64,000 nt of DNA from a virus. The position numbers were made by a program, and so were the translations under genes. The stretch lies in the IMG/VR virus record IMGVR_UViG_3300049324_000002, positions 64,001-128,000 of that record. One strand, written 5' to 3'. Position 1 is the first letter of the stretch; the number at the start of each line of letters is the position of its first letter. Positions 1 to 9,164 of this stretch are shown piece by piece. The notes below the pieces were generated by a model. The model was given only the letters and a program-made list of their open reading frames with translations. It did no database searches and was not told the origin of the DNA.

Positions 1-85
1 ATTACCTAAATCTCGAATCATTAAATCATGTGCACCCTCAACACCAGGACAATAACGAGGCAAGGGCTGTTCTTCATGAGTCACG

Positions 86-157
86 TACACCGGGGGAATT
101 ACGATATCCCGACCCTCGCATTAAGAGTGCGATGCTCTGCCTCTGAGCTACCGGTGC
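86..157 (-). tRNA. tRNA-Lys(CTT), atypical T-loop
   Basis: Minus strand folds as GCACCGG/CCGGTGT acceptor, GCTC/GAGC D-stem, TCGCA-CTCTTAA-TGCGA anticodon arm, T-arm GGGAT-ATCGTAA-TTCCC; no encoded CCA. Confidence 0.88.
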
Positions 158-345
158 ATAAAGCGGGAGACGGTGCGCATCCGTATTAGGAACCCGACCC
201 CCGCACAACCATCCTACCGTCACGATGACGGACAACGCTCCAGGGCCACCACTAAGCCTGATTATCAAATCTAAGCACTAACGTAGGAAGCGGGCAAATA
301 TAAACATGATTAGGGCCAAAATAAACACCAACCCACCAGTCAGCT

Positions 346-552
346 TTATCCCGATACACTTTCTTCGTGTCCCACGCCTGTGATAACAAGCAAAAAACAT
401 CTGACAACTTCGTCATTGTATTCCAATCCATCAACACTATTATTATACTCGTCCATGATTGGTAAATCACCATGCTCACTGACAAGTTTATTTAATCTGT
501 CAATAAGAGCAGATGCTGTCAATGGGTGATAAGACTCAGTCACAGCAATCAA
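346..552 (-). CDS. small hypothetical phage protein
   Basis: Overlaps end of upstream gene in operon fashion; LIDRLNKL..EHGDLPI pattern common in small phage proteins. Confidence 0.55.
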   Translation of the reverse strand: MIAVTESYHPLTASALIDRLNKLVSEHGDLPIMDEYNNSVDGLEYNDEVVRCFLLVITGVGHEESVSG

Positions 553-1210
553 TTTTCTTTACTTGTGTAGCACCAGTAGCATCCAAAGAAAACTTATAGC
601 GAACATCAGCAAATGCTGTTAGCGTTTCCTGATGAGTTACCATAACAATCTGAATACCAGTCGTATCAACAAGAGTGCGTAAGAACTGCCCCGCAGCCTC
701 GAGATACTCAGAACTCAGGTGAGCCAACGTCTCGTCTAAAACAAGAATCTCCGGGGCATTCCGGCCCGCGCCTCTTGTCAAGAGAATAAGCACAACTCGC
801 AACAACAACCCAACAACCGCAGCCAAACCACCGCCACGAGCTGACATCACGTCAGTCTCAAACTCAGAACCATCCGGTAAATGTGTCTTCACCACAAAAT
901 CAACCTGAGGGATACCGCGCGACATAGACTCCACCAAATGGAAAGTCAGTCGCTCCTCGAAGACTGCAGCCAACCCGGCCGACACCAAAGACTCCACCAT
1001 CGCACGCGCAGCCGCGTCACGATCAGAACCGATCTTCGACAGAATCCCCGACACCCGATCCGCAGCCTCCCGCGCTGAGCGCGCCACAACAGCCGCCTGC
1101 TGCAGCTCCTGGCCCCTCGCGGCCAGCATCCGCATCTCGCCCACCCGAGCATCCAAACGACGGCGCGCAGCCCGCACATCATCCGTCAAAACCTGCAAAT
1201 CAGTGCTCAC
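536..1210 (-). CDS. SbcC/Rad50-like ABC ATPase, C-terminal half only
   Basis: N-terminal coiled coil, signature-like SARGGG, Walker B/D-loop ILVLDETLAHLS, H-loop IVMVTHQ; no Walker A. Confidence 0.85.
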   Translation of the reverse strand: MSTDLQVLTDDVRAARRRLDARVGEMRMLAARGQELQQAAVVARSAREAADRVSGILSKIGSDRDAAARAMVESLVSAGLAAVFEERLTFHLVESMSRGIPQVDFVVKTHLPDGSEFETDVMSARGGGLAAVVGLLLRVVLILLTRGAGRNAPEILVLDETLAHLSSEYLEAAGQFLRTLVDTTGIQIVMVTHQETLTAFADVRYKFSLDATGATQVKKIDCCD

Positions 1211-1620
1211 TAGCTCACCAACCTAAACGCAAGAAAATAAATAATAGGGCAAGTATCACCATTAATGGACAACCTCGAGTTGACCGCTAGATCAAGCGGA
1301 GTCCACTCAGGTAGATCAAGAGTACTTGAATGCTCACGCTCACAATACCACGTGGCAACACTAAGCCAAAAATGAGGCATCAAATCGTAAGGTAAAGTGA
1401 AAGCTAGACTAATATTAGGATCTCCAGCCAGCCGGAATCCTTCAATAAACAAAACGTCCGGGTCACCAGCGCCAGTATCGGCGATAATCTCTTCTATATC
1501 CTTCTTCGAAATATCGATCACGCCAGTATCATACCGGCTACGAGACAGACAGCCTCCGGGCCGTTCGAGCCAGCTCAGACTTCTTGATCTCCCTACGCCA
1601 CTCCGGGTAATGCTCAGCAA
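1210..1620 (-). CDS. hypothetical protein (true start probably near 1520)
   Basis: Abuts both neighbours; C-terminal two-thirds has globular composition. Confidence 0.55.
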   Translation of the reverse strand: MLSITRSGVGRSRSLSWLERPGGCLSRSRYDTGVIDISKKDIEEIIADTGAGDPDVLFIEGFRLAGDPNISLAFTLPYDLMPHFWLSVATWYCEREHSSTLDLPEWTPLDLAVNSRLSINGDTCPIIYFLAFRLVS

Positions 1621-2230
1621 ACTGCTGCGACACCTTACCCCGCTTCTTCAAAACAATATACCCACCCTTAGCCATAGTGAATGGTGAGTGGCACTCATCA
1701 TTATAGTCCAGCTTACCCTTAGCCTGAGAATCAAACCAGCTCTCATAAACAAAGTTAGAAACAGTCACCTTAGTGGAATCAACGGGAACAGTGTAATAAG
1801 AAGACTCGACCGGGTCACAAACCTCAAGAGCAACCTCAATATCAGAATTACCAGTCTCAGCCCACCGATTACAAGTAGGATCTACGAAAATCTCCAACGC
1901 CTCATGAGAACCAACAGACGCCACAGACAACGGTGCAGTCAGAGCATTACCACCATTCTCCAACACCGGACGCACAAAAATGCGACCATAATAAACACCA
2001 TTATCCTCAGTATGCCAACCAAGGTCACCAGCCTGATCCGCATCATCTAACACACCCAAAACCCATGCGCCAGGAGGAACGTCCTTCTCACTCTTAGCGT
2101 AAGCAACAGCCATAGGAGTCAAACGCCAAGCAGGTGCAGCGTGGTAACGAAGCTGATACGCACACGCGCGAACCATTGTCTGGACGTCAGCATCAGAGAT
2201 GAGCTTCGACTTATTCACGAAGTAGATCAC
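1538..2230 (-). CDS. putative zinc metallopeptidase-like protein
   Basis: GWH...SHEALE...EVCDPVE motif arrangement; 230 aa. Confidence 0.55.
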   Translation of the reverse strand: MIYFVNKSKLISDADVQTMVRACAYQLRYHAAPAWRLTPMAVAYAKSEKDVPPGAWVLGVLDDADQAGDLGWHTEDNGVYYGRIFVRPVLENGGNALTAPLSVASVGSHEALEIFVDPTCNRWAETGNSDIEVALEVCDPVESSYYTVPVDSTKVTVSNFVYESWFDSQAKGKLDYNDECHSPFTMAKGGYIVLKKRGKVSQQFAEHYPEWRREIKKSELARTARRLSVS

Positions 2231-2250
2231 GACATGAGTCTTCGGCCAAC

Positions 2251-2304
2251 AAAAAAGCGTGACCCCCGCACTGGGGGTGAAAGGTAGGGAAGTGCGGGGG
2301 CCAC
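2251..2304 (-). terminator. intrinsic terminator-like hairpin
   Basis: GTGACCCCCGCACT / AGTGCGGGGGCCAC inverted repeat followed on minus strand by T6. Confidence 0.6.
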
Positions 2305-2345
2305 TAACCCAGGAGGAGGGGGATGTCCCCCTGGGTGGTCACAGC

Positions 2346-2612
2346 CTACAGCCTCTTCTTACGGAAAATAGAAATAGATGCAGTATGCGGAATCACATCT
2401 GACCCGGGCAGGGACCTCAAAACACTAGCAATATTGTCGATATTCCCACCAAAACGAACCAAAACAACAGTAGCAACAATATCAGGCAAATGCGACGCAA
2501 GATGAGATAAAACTCTAGAAACCTGAGGCTTCAGATCATTATCAAGAATCAATTTCTCAGTCTCAGCAGTCGCAATGTCAGGAGTTAGCTCCGACAATAG
2601 CTTAGTAGACAC
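2346..2612 (-). CDS. hypothetical protein
   Basis: ORF in dominant orientation with SD-like GAGGGG. Confidence 0.55.
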   Translation of the reverse strand: MSTKLLSELTPDIATAETEKLILDNDLKPQVSRVLSHLASHLPDIVATVVLVRFGGNIDNIASVLRSLPGSDVIPHTASISIFRKKRL

Positions 2613-2652
2613 TTCATCCCCTCAAACAATGCATGAACACTCTGTCAAGGAG

Positions 2653-2874
2653 TCATACCGGACGGCGGAGGGAACGGCCCTTAGCAGTCGCTTCAAACTC
2701 GCAAGAACTACAAACCAAAAAAGGCCACGTCCAAGCAGTCATCTTATAAGGCATACCAGGAACAGAAAAAACATGGTCAGGAGCACTGATAAAGCCAAGA
2801 GTAATTCTTAAAGAAAACGTATTACAATTAGGGCATTTAGCATCTTGAATAACTTCACCAAGCTTAACAGACAT
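2653..2874 (-). CDS. zinc-ribbon protein
   Basis: CPNC ... CSSC; SD AGGAG upstream. Confidence 0.7.
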   Translation of the reverse strand: MSVKLGEVIQDAKCPNCNTFSLRITLGFISAPDHVFSVPGMPYKMTAWTWPFLVCSSCEFEATAKGRSLRRPV

Positions 2875-2889
2875 TTCTATAGCTCCTTG

Positions 2890-2962
2890 CGCGCTGGGTA
2901 GGATTCGAACCTACATCCTTCTGATCCGTAATCAGAGGCTCCATCCGTTGAGCTACCAGCGC
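2890..2962 (-). tRNA. tRNA-Arg(ACG)
   Basis: GCGCTGG/CCAGCGC acceptor, anticodon loop TTACGGA, GGTTCGAATCC T-arm. Confidence 0.93.
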
Positions 2963-3083
2963 AAACACCACAGAGTAACGAAACCCGACCACACTCCGAA
3001 ACTAACAGGCCGGGGGAACACCACCGTCGCGATGACAGCGGAAACGCTAAACCCCGGATCAGCTAGATCAAGAGGGAGTCATC

Positions 3084-3251
3084 ATGCAGGTATCCAGCAT
3101 TTTCGATCTCGGTGTGCGTACCGACCGGGACCATGACCACGATCACGACCATGACCACGACCGTGATCGTGGCCGCCGCCACCACTGGGACCGGCGCTGG
3201 GAGTGGGACGGTCGCGACCACCGCTGGGAGCAGCGCTGGTACTGGAACTAA
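3084..3251 (+). CDS. 55-aa His/Asp/Arg/Trp-rich peptide (missed by ORF track)
   Basis: SD AGAGGGAG 5 nt before ATG; translates MQVSSIFDLGVRTDRDHDHDHDHDHDRDRGRRHHWDRRWEWDGRDHRWEQRWYWN*; GC-rich codons. Confidence 0.75.
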   Translation: MQVSSIFDLGVRTDRDHDHDHDHDHDRDRGRRHHWDRRWEWDGRDHRWEQRWYWN

Positions 3252-3363
3252 ACATCCAGAACTAACCGAGGCACCCTGTCTAAACACAAAAGACAGGGTG
3301 CCTCGCTCTATCACCCGATCTCAACACCACTATCAATAAACACAACCCACCTCCTCACAAACG

Positions 3364-3436
3364 CTGCCCCGTTAGGATTTGAACCTAAAATCTCTCGGGC
3401 CAGAACCGAGTGTGTTGCCAGTTACACTACAGGGCA
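3364..3436 (-). tRNA. tRNA-Gln(CTG)
   Basis: TGCCCTG/CGGGGCA acceptor, loop TTCTGGC, GGTTCAAATCC T-arm. Confidence 0.92.
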
Positions 3437-3440
3437 ATAC

Positions 3441-3716
3441 CTAACCCATATCGAGGGCGCGCAACTCATCAAGAATAGCACGTCGCTCACGATCCAACTT
3501 ACCAGGATCAATAGCAAAGAAACGATAAATCAAATCCTGTGCTGACTCATGAGTAGCAAAATACTCAAAAACATTTGCATCCATACAAATCTTGCCAGTA
3601 TCGTCAAGACGACACAAAACTAAACCATCAGACTGAATCCACTCCAAAAACTCAGACAACGTCGAAACTTCCGAAGAAACAGCATTCAATCTATCACACT
3701 CAGGGTAAGAAGTCAT
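3441..3716 (-). CDS. hypothetical phage protein
   Basis: Complete ORF between tRNAs; EFLEW and ID..KLDRERRAIL motifs typical of a phage family. Confidence 0.7.
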   Translation of the reverse strand: MTSYPECDRLNAVSSEVSTLSEFLEWIQSDGLVLCRLDDTGKICMDANVFEYFATHESAQDLIYRFFAIDPGKLDRERRAILDELRALDMG

Positions 3717-3969
3717 TACTCACCAATCCAAGAAGTCACAATACTATAACTCACAGCAGAGGGGGAAACACTAGGATCCTGCTGAATCCCAGCAACACAC
3801 CAATCAGCAGTAGCATCATTAATAGCACGGCGCAATACCTCACCCGGCCACACAACGTCAGGGTCAGACGTGGGCGAATTCACATCAGGCCAATGCTTAG
3901 CAATCAACTCAAACAAATCGTCTTGAAAATTAGATCTATTAGTTAGATTCACAGCTCCTCCTTCATAAG

Positions 3970-4042
3970 CAGGCCGTGCAAGATTCGAACTCACATCTCG
4001 GAGTTTTGGAGGCTCCTGTTTTACCAGTTAAACTAACGGCCC
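3970..4042 (-). tRNA. tRNA-Trp(CCA)
   Basis: GGGCCGT/ACGGCCT acceptor, loop CTCCAAA, GAGTTCGAATCTT T-arm. Confidence 0.92.
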
Positions 4043-4123
4043 AAAATTAAACGGGTAAGCGTGCGTTGGTTAAACGCACCTCGCCTACAGGGAACCACCC
4101 TGCTTGACTCAGTCTCACCCTCG

Positions 4124-4194
4124 AAGCGGAGACGGGAATCGAACCCGTGTTCGCGGCTTTGCAGGCCGCTACCTAGCCTCTCGGTCACTCCACC
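4124..4194 (-). tRNA. tRNA-Cys(GCA)
   Basis: GGTGGAG/CTCCGCT acceptor, loop CTGCAAA, GGTTCGATTCC T-arm. Confidence 0.92.
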
Positions 4195-4195
4195 A

Positions 4196-4745
4196 TGGCG
4201 GAGCAGTCAGGATCGCCATTGGCGAGCCTATGCACAACCCTGACCGCTCCAGATACTCGAACACCAGACTTCACCCAGCTCCCTCTCTGGCAAGAGGATC
4301 AACGGAACAGCCTAATCTTAAGATCAAGCTACGAGCCCCGAAAATCACGCTGGCACTCATGCTCGGTAGCGACCCGAACTAAAAGCGGTTCGAGCAGAGA
4401 CAGGTAGGTGAGTGACTAGCTCACCAATTGTCGTCAGGTAGTCAGCCACCCAACGCCCTCGGCAGAAGGGGTCAATCGCTCCATCGGAGTGATTACCGTA
4501 GCTAAAGAAGCGATCAACAACGACTTCCCATCTCGTTGTCCTGCTGGGAATCGAACCCAGTCCTCGTCTGAAGTAGGAACAAACATCTCCGAGCCCACTA
4601 CAACAGAACTACCGGCCCCTCGCCGGGTGTGCGCCGTACACCACTGGACATTACCTGGGGTACCAAGCCTCTCCCAGTCCTAGGAATAGCATCCCCATAA
4701 GGAGATACCCCCAGACACCGTACTCTGTTAGTGCCTGCCTAGCCC
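4196..4745 (-). ncRNA. candidate large structured RNA inside the tRNA cluster
   Basis: No minus-strand ORF; many stems; ends in long hairpin GGAGCGGTCAGGG/TCCTGACTGCTCC followed by GCCA. Confidence 0.45.
4536..4610 (-). tRNA. tRNA-like element / pseudo-tRNA (9-nt loop centred on CTA)
   Basis: Perfect T-arm CTGGG-TTCGATT-CCCAG, 6/7 acceptor pairing AGTTCTG/CAGGACA, GTTTG-TTCCTACTT-CAGAC arm; D-arm not canonical. Confidence 0.4.
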
Positions 4746-4749
4746 ATCG

Positions 4750-4820
4750 AAGCCTCAACGGGAGTCAAACCCGCGCTCTCTGATTGAGAATCAGAAGTTC
4801 TATCATTAAACTATGAGGCC
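4750..4820 (-). tRNA. tRNA-Glu(CTC)
   Basis: GGCCTCA/TGAGGCT acceptor, loop TTCTCAA, GGGTTTGACTCCC T-arm. Confidence 0.9.
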
Positions 4821-4839
4821 ACATTTAATTATCAAATAA

Positions 4840-5022
4840 CTAGCACTGACAATGCGCTGGTAGAGCCTTGAACCACAATGTCGGTGCATCTTCATCACTA
4901 CGTTGTACCGCGACCCACCCGCGCATCTCCGGCCGATGCTCCACGACCCAAGAGACTACAGCACCACCCACCGCAGCCAGCCGCTCAAACTCAACCAAAG
5001 TGCAATGGTTGCATCTCGTCAT
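4840..5022 (-). CDS. small Cys/His protein
   Basis: CNHC ... HCQC. Confidence 0.6.
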   Translation of the reverse strand: MTRCNHCTLVEFERLAAVGGAVVSWVVEHRPEMRGWVAVQRSDEDAPTLWFKALPAHCQC

Positions 5023-5188
5023 CTACCAGTGCGACCAATCAACTCGTCCATCGCTGCTTCATCACTTGTTGGTGTATCACGACTAGAATTCGCAACACGA
5101 TCTAGCAAATCTGCATCAGATTCTGCTGACATTTTCTAGCTCCCCTGCAACTTGCTCTTTATGATGGTGTAACTGTACCATCCATGAG

Positions 5189-5491
5189 TCAAGCTTGCAA
5201 GTCTTGGTTGGTAGTCAATATGGTAGCTAAGTCGGTAGACGCAGCCTCCAGCCGCTCGCGCGCCCTGACAACCAACTGCAAGTCAGCATCCTCCACAGAC
5301 GGACCCGGCCTCGAGGCTTTGAGCGCTGCCGGACCCATAAGGCGAGTCTCCACCTTCACCAACAGGCAAGACAAATCATTATAAGCATGCTGAAATCTAT
5401 CAATCTCCTGATTAAGATCTCTAAACGTCGCCATCTTCATTCCTCTTCCTAAAATCAGAAGAAGCAAGAACATCTGCAACACTATCAGCAA
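5189..5491 (-). CDS. helical-hairpin/coiled-coil hypothetical protein (start probably near 5434-5440)
   Basis: Heptad pattern; SD GGAAGAGG before internal ATG. Confidence 0.55.
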   Translation of the reverse strand: MLIVLQMFLLLLILGRGMKMATFRDLNQEIDRFQHAYNDLSCLLVKVETRLMGPAALKASRPGPSVEDADLQLVVRARERLEAASTDLATILTTNQDLQA

Positions 5492-5678
5492 GATACTTCA
5501 TGGAATCGACAACCTTAAGAAGAAGATCCTGAGTCTCAATGTTCAACGAAGGATCAGTCCTCAAAACATTATCAATGGAGTTGAGATCTATATTTAGTGC
5601 ATTTCTAGACTTACGAATAGCACTCAAAGCAACAAGTATATCCGGACTAACTACAGTAGCCATCAGTTCAATCTCCAA
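5421..5678 (-). CDS. helical hypothetical protein
   Basis: Operon overlap with neighbours. Confidence 0.55.
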   Translation of the reverse strand: MEIELMATVVSPDILVALSAIRKSRNALNIDLNSIDNVLRTDPSLNIETQDLLLKVVDSMKYLADSVADVLASSDFRKRNEDGDV

Positions 5679-5988
5679 AACATTCGATAAAACGATTGAC
5701 GGATCCGACCTCGAGCCCTCTCAAGAGTTACATCCGACAGAGCAAGCTCATGTCTCGAAATGGTTTCATCTCGCCGATGACCAATACGATGCTGGCCTCC
5801 GCGCCTCGCAGGCGTCACAACCATGATCTCACTCTCTAGGCTCACGGAACGTAGTACCCCGAACAACGCCACAAGCCACTCCTGGTTACACCCGTGTCAA
5901 CAAAAAGGGATAACTATGGCACGATGAGGGAAGACAAAGAGCCCTGGAGGCCCGCATGGAACACATAGACACCGAACACCTACACATC

Positions 5989-6132
5989 ATGCAAATGAAA
6001 ACAGACGACATCATTTGTGGTGATGTACTACTTCACTGCGATCCAAGTGACCCATACGATAGATGGTCTTGCATTCTGAAACCACATCACCCAGTCATAG
6101 ACCACGAAGCCATAGACGGAACAAGATGGTGA
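5989..6132 (+). CDS. 47-aa Cys/His small protein (missed by ORF track)
   Basis: MQMKTDDIICGD...WSCILKPHHPVIDHEAIDGTRW*; stop lies 1 nt before the next plus-strand ATG. Confidence 0.55.
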   Translation: MQMKTDDIICGDVLLHCDPSDPYDRWSCILKPHHPVIDHEAIDGTRW

Positions 6133-6133
6133 A

Positions 6134-6442
6134 ATGACAAACTGGTTTATATGCCCAACCATCTACGAACGCTCAGACGGGCGAGCATTCATAAGAGAAT
6201 GTAGAAAATGCGGAATAAGTGTGTTAGTACCAGACTTGCACGTACCAGAAGTAGAAGCAGGAACACTAAAACCAGCATGCTGGGAATGTCATAGAAAAAC
6301 AGGTAAGAAAATAACCATCCACCCAACAGAACTAGAGATCATACAAGAAGCAGATCTAGAACCGGAAGCATGGGCATACGTAGAACACCTTAACGCTGGT
6401 CGTCAACCAATATCCAATTGGTATATCCAATTCGAGCAGTAA
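6134..6442 (+). CDS. zinc-ribbon protein
   Basis: CRKC ... CWEC; natural amino-acid composition unlike the shadow plus-strand ORFs. Confidence 0.7.
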   Translation: MTNWFICPTIYERSDGRAFIRECRKCGISVLVPDLHVPEVEAGTLKPACWECHRKTGKKITIHPTELEIIQEADLEPEAWAYVEHLNAGRQPISNWYIQFEQ

Positions 6443-6689
6443 GCTGCATAGCTAACGTAACAACCGTATGATCCCCAGTCACAGGCTCACCCGGGCAGGG
6501 ACCTTCTTTCTCGCCAAGAGGGTAACCCAAAGCCAAAGCAAGATTACGCTCAAGCTCGTAAGACTCAAGTGCATATCCTTGCAGCCTAAAAATAGCAATC
6601 TCTACTAAATCAAGAAGCGAAAAACTAGGTCCAACGTGCAACGCGGCACGCAGCCGCGCGCACGACTCCTCAACCTCACTAACACCCAT
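6390..6689 (-). CDS. hypothetical protein
   Basis: LALALGYP...TGDHT...LA phage-like motif. Confidence 0.6.
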   Translation of the reverse strand: MGVSEVEESCARLRAALHVGPSFSLLDLVEIAIFRLQGYALESYELERNLALALGYPLGEKEGPCPGEPVTGDHTVVTLAMQLTARIGYTNWILVDDQR

Positions 6690-6751
6690 CCCCGACCTTC
6701 AATCCGCTGCGCCAAATGAAAGAAAAAGCCACCAAACTTTAAATCACAAAC

Positions 6752-7018
6752 CTATCGCTTCTTGGTAGGAGTCAGCCTCATCCCGTACTGATCGTTGGTC
6801 TTCTTAACCTTACCAAGAAGACCAGAATTACTCCGAACAGTAAGCTCACTATTCACAGGCATCTGACTAGGACGAAAATTACCGCCACTATCCAAACCAT
6901 GAAAAATAAGACGCTCAGGCTGTTGCTCAATCCACATAGCTAAAACTTCAGAACTCTGAATCCAACCCTTACCCTCCACAAACGCCTTAGCAACCTTAGG
7001 GGAACCTGTTGCCATCAC
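6752..7018 (-). CDS. hypothetical protein
   Basis: SD GGAGGT upstream. Confidence 0.65.
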   Translation of the reverse strand: MMATGSPKVAKAFVEGKGWIQSSEVLAMWIEQQPERLIFHGLDSGGNFRPSQMPVNSELTVRSNSGLLGKVKKTNDQYGMRLTPTKKR

Positions 7019-7048
7019 ACACCTCCACAGTGAGAAACGTGAGCACTC

Positions 7049-7630
7049 CTACCGCAACGGCCAGAGCCTAGGATGATTATACGGCATCAAGAACCTAGCG
7101 ATCTTAAGATTATGATGAGCATCATCCAACGCATTGTGCATGGAGTCTGCAGACTGCTTAGGGATGTCATCACCATTCAACCCGAGACGCTCACATTCCT
7201 GCTTCAAATCCATACTAAACATAGGCAACCCCAAAGGGCGCTGCATCATCGTGCCCCAAAACTGCATCAACGTAACATGATCATAAGCACCGAACCACGT
7301 CCACAAGTCGGGAGGAGAATCTCCAGACAACAGAAAATCTTTAACCTCATATCTGATAGTATCTAAACGCTTCACATCTGGATGAGTCGTATCAATAGGA
7401 GGGACGCTAAGATTAGTACTCCACTTAGTGCCAGGAAGGCGAGGTAACGAAGGAACGACATTATCCATCAACCAATTATGTTTGCGGATACGAGCCCACG
7501 GTGCATCACGATTAACAGCATAATACTCAGTAACTGAATCATCAGGGTTGACACGCACAATCCCAATAGAAATTGGCTTAATAGTCAAACCGTTCTCAAG
7601 GAACTCAAAGTCATAACAAAAAGCAGTCAT
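7049..7630 (-). CDS. RNase AS-like (Rv2179c family) DEDDh 3'-5' exoribonuclease
   Basis: YDFEF, ISIGIV, W..AYDHV.L.Q.WG.M...P, HNALDDA motifs. Confidence 0.88.
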   Translation of the reverse strand: MTAFCYDFEFLENGLTIKPISIGIVRVNPDDSVTEYYAVNRDAPWARIRKHNWLMDNVVPSLPRLPGTKWSTNLSVPPIDTTHPDVKRLDTIRYEVKDFLLSGDSPPDLWTWFGAYDHVTLMQFWGTMMQRPLGLPMFSMDLKQECERLGLNGDDIPKQSADSMHNALDDAHHNLKIARFLMPYNHPRLWPLR

Positions 7631-8007
7631 GCCAACAACGCCCTTCCAAAAGTGAAAGCCACCCTCATATCAGGCTCATAATAATGCTCACCCTTCAAAA
7701 CCTTACCGTCCTCACGCTCAACAAACTTACCGTCAGGACCAACCTTACTCATGTTAGAATCATGCACAGCCTCAATAGCAAGCTGCATATTAATCCCAGG
7801 ACGCTGAGCAGTACCATAAACAACATAAACTAAATCAGACAACTCTTTAGCAACAGCAAACCAATCACGAGCATCCAAAGCATCAAGAACTTCTTTAAGC
7901 TCCTCTTTCAATAACTTCTTACGAAGCTCTAACCAAGCCTCCTCAGAAAGAGTATCACCATTAGTCGCACGACTAAACTCTTCTAACATCAAAGCAACAT
8001 CACGCAC
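7627..8007 (-). CDS. MazG-like nucleotide pyrophosphohydrolase
   Basis: LLKEELKEV ... KELSDLVYV.YG ... VHDSNMSK ... REDGKVLKG. Confidence 0.88.
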   Translation of the reverse strand: MRDVALMLEEFSRATNGDTLSEEAWLELRKKLLKEELKEVLDALDARDWFAVAKELSDLVYVVYGTAQRPGINMQLAIEAVHDSNMSKVGPDGKFVEREDGKVLKGEHYYEPDMRVAFTFGRALLA

Positions 8008-8547
8008 GAAAATTCTCCAATAAATTATTTAACTCCGCATGAACCTGATGCAAAGCTGCCGTCACACCAGCAGTATAATCAGGTGAAGAACTAGACGGAG
8101 CAAAAGAACGAGACATAAAATCTGCAGACAACGCAGTCACTTTCCACATCAAAGACTCTCTCGCCTTACGCTCCTCAGCGTAACTAATATTTGCAAGCTT
8201 CAATTCCTCTTGCAGCCTAGCAATACGAGGATCCTCATCAGAGAGATCTACAATAGGAAAACTAGCCATAACCTAATCTCTCCCGAGCAGCAATAATCAC
8301 AGTCAGAGCATCTTCAACGGAAACAAGCTCCACCATAGGTGAAGAAACAATCTCAGCACGCCAACCAGAAAGAAGCCTGGATAACCCATCAAACCCAATA
8401 GAAAACCCAGTACCAATCGCACTCAACAAAGCATCATCAAAAGCAACCTCACCATCGAACAACTCTCCATCACTAAACACAAGAAACCTATCATAGTAGG
8501 AGTACTATCCTGTGTATCGGTGACACAAAGTTGGATGTTACAGACTC

Positions 8548-8859
8548 CTACCCACCCGGGCGTCGGGACGCCCACACCACCTGCACGCCAGCGGGCATCA
8601 CACCATCATCCCCAGCCTCACCCGGCATTCCATGCACCTCGCACGGGCGCGTGCCATACCACCCATGATTCCTGCAATAAGGGTCACAAGAAAAATCTTC
8701 ACAAGAACAACAAAAACAATTATTTCTCTGATACTCTTCCCAATTAGTAGCTACCACTCTACGACGAGACACCACACCAGGAATACTACGATACTCATAC
8801 CATTCATGTGCTGTCTTAGTATCCGCAGGCTCAGTATAATAATCAGGATAAATGCCCAT
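8548..8859 (-). CDS. Cys-rich hypothetical protein
   Basis: CFCCSC..CDPYCRNHG...PCEVH. Confidence 0.65.
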   Translation of the reverse strand: MGIYPDYYTEPADTKTAHEWYEYRSIPGVVSRRRVVATNWEEYQRNNCFCCSCEDFSCDPYCRNHGWYGTRPCEVHGMPGEAGDDGVMPAGVQVVWASRRPGG

Positions 8860-9164
8860 CAGGAAAACTCCATCGTAGGGTCGGTCTCCGAAACTAAAAC
8901 ACGAAGCCTCTTCACCTCAGCCAACAAACGCTCCACATAAACACGACTATTAGCCATAAACTCTACGGTACCTGAAGGAATCTCAATCAACTCACGATAC
9001 CTGTAATGATAATCAGAAGGAACAAACCCAGGCTTCGGCCTAGCCCACGGCTCCGACAAAACAAAGCCATCGTAATCCTGACACCAACCCCACGGACCCG
9101 GCATGGCTCGAGCGAGGGCCACCTCTACCTCACCCACAATATCCTCAGTCATCAGAAACCTCAA
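8859..9164 (-). CDS. hypothetical phage protein
   Basis: A.PGPW ... EF.A..R..V..LLAEV.RLR, a common phage motif. Confidence 0.65.
   Translation of the reverse strand: MRFLMTEDIVGEVEVALARAMPGPWGWCQDYDGFVLSEPWARPKPGFVPSDYHYRYRELIEIPSGTVEFMANSRVYVERLLAEVKRLRVLVSETDPTMEFS

Noticed and set aside
3063-3339. Track ORFs 3063-3314(-) and 3112-3339(+)
   Set aside because: Alternative frames of the hexamer repeat; frame 3084-3251(+) has the SD and a coherent sequence.
4196-4745. tmRNA
   Set aside because: No GGGG(C/G)TG 5' end pairing with a T-arm-CCA 3' end, and no recognisable tag reading frame; kept only as an unassigned structured RNA.
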